From the NCBI GenBank assembly GCA_963693365.1, contig CAVNZM010000015.1:1116001-1180000 (forward strand): 64,000 bases of DNA. Reading direction: 5' to 3'. The position numbers and the translations under genes were made by a program. This DNA comes from Amoebidium appalachense (lineage: Eukaryota > Protista > Ichthyosporea). This document shows positions 51,022-64,000 of this stretch, in pieces (positions within the stretch are counted from its first letter, which is position 1; each line of letters begins with the position of its first letter). The notes under the pieces are model-generated. The model made no database searches and was not told the DNA's origin. It saw nothing but the letters and a program-made list of their open reading frames with translations.

Positions 51022-52426
51022 TGTCAAGTTTAATAATCAACATATACGCACACACGTGACTGACGGTCACCACCACCACCAACCGTTGGTACCGCACACA
51101 TGCATACACACACACATGATATCCGATGATCACACACACGTACATGTACCGTACGCGTATGCATGCCATGACGAAGTCACGCGTTTGCTGAGCTCCACGT
51201 TTTGCCAAGCACATCACACACGTGCACACACGTGGTACTGCACAGGCTGCACACACCGTGCACATGACACACGCACACGGTGCAGATCTCGACACAAGAC
51301 ACGCACTGACAGAGTCACTCAGACTCTTCCGTGGCACTGTGTCACGTCACCTTCGAATTCACCCACACGGACCCCGGTCCCACGTGCCACAGACGCACAC
51401 AGACGCACAATACACCACACACAAACACACACACACACACACACACACACTACACACACACACAGTGTATAGAACTTGCACGCACACACGCACATCACAT
51501 GCACATACGCATGCTCAGACACACACGGACACGAAGTCTGTCATCTTCGAGTTACTACATCGATGCTTATTGATATTAATGTAGCCTTTATTGTTCACCC
51601 TTTCACCAGAGGCCCGAGCCCTCTAAATTCAAGCTGTCATTTGCCTGTGCAGGCTGATGTGTGTGTGTATCTTAGACTACGCCTTACGCAAGGATGCATA
51701 TGCAAAGAACTTCGATAATCGTTGTGTATAATAATAATTAGTGTTGTGTGGTAAATATGAAAGCGGAAAGACATGTGTTGTGATTGTTAATCAAAAACAG
51801 CTTATTTACGTTTCGTCTGAACATATACCGCCGTGAAGAAGCAAGTTTGATGTTTGTGAATACTATGCCACGAGTATTGTATGCCTTGTATGTATGAGTC
51901 CATACTATAATAAAAACCCCGTGCCGTGCCTTGCACAACCAAAAAAATGGGAATCATCACAAACACAGACACAACTAACACCTTATTGTAATGTTAAGAG
52001 CATTGCATGTGTGCCACATTCACCCTAAAATCACGTGCTGAATTACTCTTGATTACTGTCGTGAGAGTGTAAATATACTTGATAACTGTATGTAGGTATT
52101 CCTCGAACATAATCAAAGAGTTCATATTCGGAGAGAGAGGTACATAAGCAAGAGGTGAGACACAGGTCACAGGAAAGGGGTTGAGTGGTGTGATAGGCTG
52201 ATTGGATATTTCCTCTCGTCTATGTCACGGGAGATAATGCTTCGGGTGATAGCGACAGCCTGTGTGGGAGGTTTAGAGTGTGAGTGTCACGTAATCAATA
52301 AATGTGGTGTGTGTGTTTACTTTGTGTGTGGATCCAGTGTTTATGGTAGGTGTGTCATGGGTGCTGGTCCATGTCAAAAAGTGCGCGATGTGGATGCTAA
52401 CATCAGGCTTGTGGATGCTTGCCCGT

Positions 52427-52513
<87 letters not shown>

Positions 52514-52518
52514 TGTGT

Positions 52519-52549
<31 letters not shown>

Positions 52550-52668
52550 CACGTGTTTTGTGTGACGAGGAGAGTGAAGTAGCATGTCTGCATACTTGAA
52601 GTTTCGCAAGCCTGCCTGCGCTATGCTGGGGTGTGTGGGATTTGTGTGTTTGTTTGTTTTTTGGGAGG

Positions 52669-52704
<36 letters not shown>

Positions 52705-53125
52705 AGCATGTGCATGTGGGTCACAGGGTGTGCGGGCAGTGCAGGAGTGTGTATTTGTATATCCCTGGCAGAAAAAGCCGACAAACGAGATAGAACATGA
52801 AGTAATAAAACACAAGCGCAAGACAGCGGACCCCCAAAAACGTGCACACAAAAGGCACTCCAAACAAACAGCGCCAACATCAGGGTTCTTGTGTGTCCTA
52901 TCATGCTATAAGAAGCAGGTTTGGTCACTTATGAGCCTCCTGCAGGTGGTTCCAATGGCCCCCCAGGGGGGAGGGGGGAGGGGGTTGTGTGTGTGTGTGT
53001 GTGTATGTGTCAGGATGTTTTATATTAGGTACGAACTACACCTTCTCATATGATGGACACAAACTGCAGATTTCGCAGTGAACATGCACAGAGTATGCTT
53101 CATAAGTGGAGCCAACCTCGGGGAA

Positions 53126-53181
<56 letters not shown>

Positions 53182-53366
53182 GTTGATGTATGCGTTACCA
53201 GGGTTGGAAAAATGGAGGAGACACCAAAGGTTAAACTACAAAACGTCACAGAAATGAAAAACCCAGGGTAGGTGATGCATGCGTTCGAGGTTTGGAGGCT
53301 CTGGAGACACCAAGGGACAAAAACGCCACAAAAATTAAAACACGATATTGGAGGGAGAAGGGAGGA

Positions 53367-53413
<47 letters not shown>

Positions 53414-53424
53414 AATAATACGTT

Positions 53425-58376
<4,952 letters not shown>

Positions 58377-58791
58377 CTTGCCGTCTATCTCTTATGAGCT
58401 AAGGAACCTCAGAGTTTGGGATTTGAAGATGTGTATAGCTTTAGGTTCAAGATGTGCTGACTACAGCTAAAAGCCCACCACACAGCACAAAGTGTATTAC
58501 TTTCAAAGCCAACCCTTTATCAATTCTATCACAGGTCAACTGAGGATCAGCCCAAAACATGCTCTTTTCCTCGAGCCCTTCTAAAACGACTTTCGAGTCT
58601 CTCTTTTTTTACCTTTTTTTTTTTTTTTTTTTTTTTTTGTTACTCTTCGAACCGCTGAATAATTTATGAGCCACCCAAAATAGACGATCACTTGCCATTT
58701 TTGGAAGGCTAAATCTGTCCACGAATCAAATCAACTAAAACCGCCTTGCTTTTTGAGCACAAACAGCCGTTTTCAGAGTGGCCAACATTGA

Positions 58792-58846
58792 CTTGGCCCC
58801 AAGGCCTCCTAAATAGCACACCTATTTAGGAGGCCTTGCTTGGCCC
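58792..58846. mobile_element. 39-bp DNA-transposon remnant or footprint: 17-bp perfect inverted arms with an 8-bp target-site duplication
   Basis: CTTGGCCC [CAAGGCCTCCTAAATAG cacac CTATTTAGGAGGCCTTG] CTTGGCCC. An uninterrupted copy of the target site lies at 58853-58875. Confidence 0.75.
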
Positions 58847-58914
58847 CCTTCCCCAACATTGACTTGGCCCCCTTCTCCCCCCCCCCCCCCCCCCCCCCCA
58901 CCACCACCACCACC

Positions 58915-58985
<71 letters not shown>

Positions 58986-59613
58986 TTCGGCATTTCTTAA
59001 GACGGTTTCCTTAATTGCTTGAGTGTTCTGATGTTGTGGAGAGAGAACGACGTTTGCCTTGCTAGTGATTCGATGCTGCGGGTTGTGGGAACTGAGAGAA
59101 TATCAGCACTCCTGCAGCAAATGATTTCAGCTCGTCGGGTTCGTTTACTATAGTTCACACACATCGGGATTTGGAGGAGAAGGATGCTGTAGTTCTGGGA
59201 GCGATAGCACAATATGTTACAGGCATGTAATTTTTGTATTGAACGCAGCACACCAAGATGCTGATGTACACAGGCGTCTGGCTCTAGAAGTCTTGGTGGA
59301 CTTGTGCTATGACAGTCTGAAACACACTGACGGGACACCTGAATCAAGTAACAATAGTAGGGACTACCATTGGTGCAAATTCCACAGGCTCGCACATGTC
59401 AAGAATATGGGACAGGAACACGCACGCTAATTTCTATTATGTGACAATTCCGCTGTTCAGAAGTTGACAGAGGCCCTTACGCTGAAGTTTATTACTGTAT
59501 GACCTGTGTGAAGAGTGCGCCGTGGCAAGCCCAAAAGGCACTCCACAAACGCTTACATAGGTAAATACATTTGGAAGAGGCAGAAACAAGCAAAGCATAC
59601 CAGTGCACATGGC

Positions 59614-59666
59614 AGCACAGCTTGAGTTGCCACACACACGCACAGCTTGAGTTGCCACACACACGC
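59614..59666. repeat. 26-bp tandem duplication
   Basis: gcacagcttgagttgccacacacacg occurs twice. Confidence 0.7.
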
Positions 59667-60615
59667 ATCACCCACATCCACAAGATGGCCAAACACCACA
59701 CTGTCTTGCACAGTGTTGAATCACAATACATCCGAAGATTTAACCCCAAAAGCTCGTATTTTACACACAACCAAGAAGAAAGAACTTGTCAAGACAACAG
59801 CTCTAGCACACTCTCGCTCCCACCCGCCCCGCTCCCCTCCCCACCCCCCCCCCCCCCTCCCTTCCCTGGCATCTCCCTCCCCTTTCTCGACGGTCACAAT
59901 CCTTGAAGAAAAACGGAATCCTACAACACCCACCTTCCCAAAACAACAGGTTCGGCAAACTACATCTTAAGGGGTAGGCATAGACAAGATTCTTTTCTTC
60001 AAATTCGGGTTTAGGTCTACTCAATTGCAACACACCTTGTCACCTTCCTGTGCAAGCACAGTCCACCACGGAGCTGTGCGATTACCAAGTGAAGCCCGGA
60101 AACTTTCGAATCGAATCAAACGAACCCGAACGCCTGAGCCCAACACATCGTGTTAGATTTTTGCCCTCCTCTTACTGAACCTGGTTACCATGTTGGCCTA
60201 ATCACCGCCTGGTATTGCGCCGTAATCACTGAACAAACTCACGCATAGCCAATCAAGATCTTATGAACCATAAAATGTTTTCTGGAAAATATTTTTAACT
60301 CTTATATTTATCATAGAGGCATTTTTTTTATGATTCAGAGCACCTATTAGAGGATTTTCCGATCACAGATGATACCGGTTTTCGTAAATAGCAGCCGTAT
60401 TCCTACGTGACTATTCACCAATCCGTTGAGTCTATAAACTTTAAAAGAGTAGTGTAAACAATATCACAAACGTCTTTTTCCCTGTTTCTCGCATTCCGAT
60501 GCACACAGACTCCGGCGCACACACACACAGGCAAGTCAGTCAGTCGACAGCTTTTCAACGAAAACTTTTTTCTATACTCCTTTTGTGTTCTGAGAGAGCA
60601 AAAAAAAACGTTAAA

Positions 60616-63106
60616 ATGGACACCAGTGAGCTTGTGCAGCCGGTTGCCGACTTCTACGCCGACAGCAGGCGTCTTCTTAACAAGTGCTCTAAGCCAGACG
60701 CAAAAGGTTGGTTGTTCTACGTTTTTTCATGTCGTGTGTGGCAATGGGGTGTTGTAGGACATATTGCGTTGTGTATCGGGTTAGTTAACCTAGCCGGAGT
60801 ATTGCTACCATTCAACTCCTTTCAATTCTTCAAAGCCCAGTGCATTGGTACCAATTAATTTTCTTAGATTTCTTAGAGCCTTGCTTTGTTGTCTGTCTGG
60901 TAACGTTTAGAACCAGCACCTTAGCTCTGTCGGTTTTTCGTTGTTATTCTTACGTGTAACGGCTGCACCGCTGGTATCGCAGTCACATACGCATGTGCAT
61001 AGACCCTTTTACTATGCAAAGCCGCGCACGCTAGAAACGATTACATCTTTAAACTCAGATGTAGACGTACGCGCACCGATACCGCAACATGGTTTTGCAC
61101 ACACGTATGCACACTTACACACGCGTGTCACGTGCCACGTACAAGCACACTTGCGCCGTGGTAGCAGCCACATACGGACACACGTATACTCGCTTTTACC
61201 CCCTGCTTTTGACTTGTGGTTTTGGAGTAATTTATACGGGCCGTTTTTGTTGTGAGCAAGTGCACACACGCGCACACACACACACACAGCGCACGTATGT
61301 GCAAAGGCACCTATCAGAGCTTGTGTTACCTCATTTTGTTGTGTCTATACCCTAAGTGAAACATGCTCCTGTATTTGCATGTTTTGTAAAACACACACAC
61401 ACACACACACAATCACAGTCATTTCTTCGTGGTCCTCTTGGGTTGTTGAGATAAAGGGGGAAGGACACCTGGTTGTGCTCAACATCCCAAGCACAGATAC
61501 ATGCCACACACACAGGCACCAACACTCACATACACTACACTCCATACTGGCTGTTACCGATACAACCGGTACTGTTTCTCCGAAGGAAAAGTTTGATGAA
61601 AGATGTGTTGGAAACGGAGTACCCTCTGTGTCTTTGTCCCCCCCTCCCTCCCCCTCCCCCCCCCTCCCCCGCCCGGGAGTGGGGCTCCCTTCCCCCCTTT
61701 CCTCTTCTGTGTCTTTCTCTTCTAAGCCACTCAGGTCACTCCTCTTCAACCTCTTGCTGCTTTCTGCCCTACCACTGCTTGTAACTTTAGACTGCTTGTA
61801 CGCAATTGCAAGTTAGGTTGGTTGTGAATCTGACCGTGTTTCAGAAGGTGCTTGTGTTCGTGTGTGTTGTCTCTCTTTAGTGCTTGTGCTTGTTTCTGTG
61901 CCTGTGTTTGGAGCTTGTACCAGTCAGTCATGTGCAGACCCATTTAAGTGAGTAACAGCTTCTTGCTGGTCAATATTTAAGCAAGGACTTAGGCTTATCC
62001 TTTTGTTGTTTTCCTAACAGAGTTCAGGAAAATTGCTTTTGCCACCTTCATCGGGTTCTGCATCATGGGTGGCATTGGCTTCTTTGTCAAGCTCATCCAC
62101 ATCCCCATCAACAACATCATTGTGTATGTTACCCCCCCCCCCCCCCCCCCCCCCTTCTCCTTCGTCCCCCGTCCCCCCCACCACACACACAAAACACACG
62201 CACATACATACTAATGCACTCGCACACACATACCTACACACACACAGAAAGGGGGGGGAGGGGGAGAGACAGAGAGACCAACCGTCACAAAACATATACA
62301 TACACCCATATGTTCATGCACGCACTTGCTCATGTGCACGGGTTTTTCCTACACTTGACTTAATCTATGGGCCGTCAGGGGGGATAGCATACAGATGAGT
62401 GTAGGTATGCTTCTGAAGCAGCCGAGTAATGTTTCTTAGTTTCGAGCTCTTCTCTTAGCTTTTTGGGGGTGCCCTCCCTCCATATTTCCAACCCTCTCAT
62501 GCATACATCCCCCCTCCCCCCCTGCACACACACACGTGCGCACCCACACACTCCACACGAAACACTTCACACACATACACACACACACACACACTCTCTC
62601 TCTCTCTCCTTCTCTCTTCTTCTCTTCTCTAAGGGCATGCCTCTGTGTGTTTTGTATGCATTTCTTCCCTCCACGTGCATGTGTTGTGCACGTGTTGTAG
62701 CTGAAGTGCAACTTTCTTTCAGCGCACACGCACACGGGCACACACATGCACACGGTCACACGTGAGTGCAAGTTTAAAGGCGCACACGTCTTGCAGCCTT
62801 TGCACAAGGAGGGGGGGGGGGGGGGGGGGGGAGGGGAGGGGGAGGGTCTTTTCGGGGGGGATGCCTGTGCTGCATATGCACAAGATAAAAAAGTAGTGGG
62901 AAAGTATTTGGTGTCGTTACTCCCCCCTCCCCCCAAAAAAAGAAACACCACCTTCACCACCACACACGCGTACGTGCACTCGCACGCTCGCTCACACTAC
63001 TCACACACACACACTCACTCTCTCCTTCACACAAACTCACCCCACTGCCACCCTAACGCTAGCATCCTCTCTTCTTTCCCCTTCATCCTTCTTCCTTTAA
63101 CCCCCT

Positions 63107-63139
<33 letters not shown>

Positions 63140-63568
63140 TTTGAGTATTGTCGATCTGTGGTCCCCTCTGTTAGGCTGGGTTCTACTGATAGTGCATGTG
63201 TGTGTGTGTGTTTAGCGACATCTGCATTTTGCTATCCGTTGTTAGGGTGTGTGATGTGCTTCGTACACTGTAATGCCGTCCATCATTCCCCTCCCCCTAT
63301 CACACATTCAAACCCTCCCCCCCCCCCCCCAAAAAAAAAAAAAAAAAAAAAAGAAGAAGAAGAAGAAAGAAAAAGGAGAAAGAAGAAAGAAAAAAATAGG
63401 TGAATTCGGGGCCTTTTTTCTTTCTTGCAAGTGAGCTACGTCATGTGTCTCCCAACCCCTCGCTTACATCCACACCCCTTTGTTTCAACTTTGCATTTTA
63501 TCATTCATACCAAACAAGGCATAATCCCCTACTGATTATGCATGTTTTTCCGCTACAGGGGCGCATAA
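60616..63568 (+). CDS. SEC61G: Protein translocon subunit Sec61-gamma (Sss1/SecE family), 67 aa
   Basis: Exons 60616-60706, 62021-62123 and 63559-63568 give [67 protein letters not shown]. Confidence 0.93.
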
Positions 63569-64000
63569 GAGTGTCTTCATTTGAAAAACGGCTCCCGTCC
63601 CCACGCCAGCAAAACATGCCGGAAAACACGCCCAATGTTGAAAATGTTCAAGAAAGACAAGCAAAAGTGTGTGGAGGTGTGTGTATGCTGAGAGGGGACG
63701 ACACGGCGTGAGCTTGTTGATGAATCGAAGGTGAATCGACGAAGGGTCTATGTTAGTGCCTGCCTGCCTAGCCTGGGTGCTTGGTGGTGCAGAGTAACAA
63801 AAAAAGAAAGAAAGAAAAACGAAACAAAAATACGGGGAAAGTGAATAAAAAGCGAAGCGAAAATGATGAATGTGGCGCGCCTTTTTTAAACGTGTGCGTC
63901 ACCTGAATGGGGAATCCTTGCAAGTCCGTCCACAACATTGAACTTTCCTAAATTTGAACACACACGACGCGTACACACACACACACTCAAACACACATAT

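Noticed and set aside
61568-61625. TTGATGA...GAAACGGAGTA hammerhead-like or hairpin motif in the Sec61-gamma intron
   Set aside because: Core is imperfect, stems I and II do not form, and it is single-copy in this window.

Overview
Eukaryotic, intron-dense genomic window, probably from a unicellular opisthokont such as an ichthyosporean (inferred from gene content, not demonstrable here). It is saturated with poly(C)/poly(G) tracts and (CA)n/(GT)n microsatellites, so almost all supplied ORFs are low-complexity artefacts. Reading splice sites by hand gives: (1) the decayed 3' part of a Helitron-like element, with a PIF1 helicase tail, paralogous mini-exons and an OTU protease (2-2958); (2) a 28-exon, ~834-aa gene (4642-28184, +) fusing a cyclic-nucleotide-binding domain to a purine-nucleoside-phosphorylase/AMP-nucleosidase-like domain; (3) a small non-coding LTR retroelement with a tRNA-iMet-like primer site (31035-32261); (4) a convergent pair of 7TM-RGS paralogues with split RGS domains (35004-39694 +, 41931-46514 -), one with a degenerate G-alpha contact motif; (5) a Rab8/Sec4 GTPase (-) head-to-head with Sec61-gamma (+), with a 39-bp P-element-like footprint between them (17-bp perfect inverted arms, 8-bp target duplication). 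Many splice acceptors sit directly on (CA)n repeats with no polypyrimidine tract.
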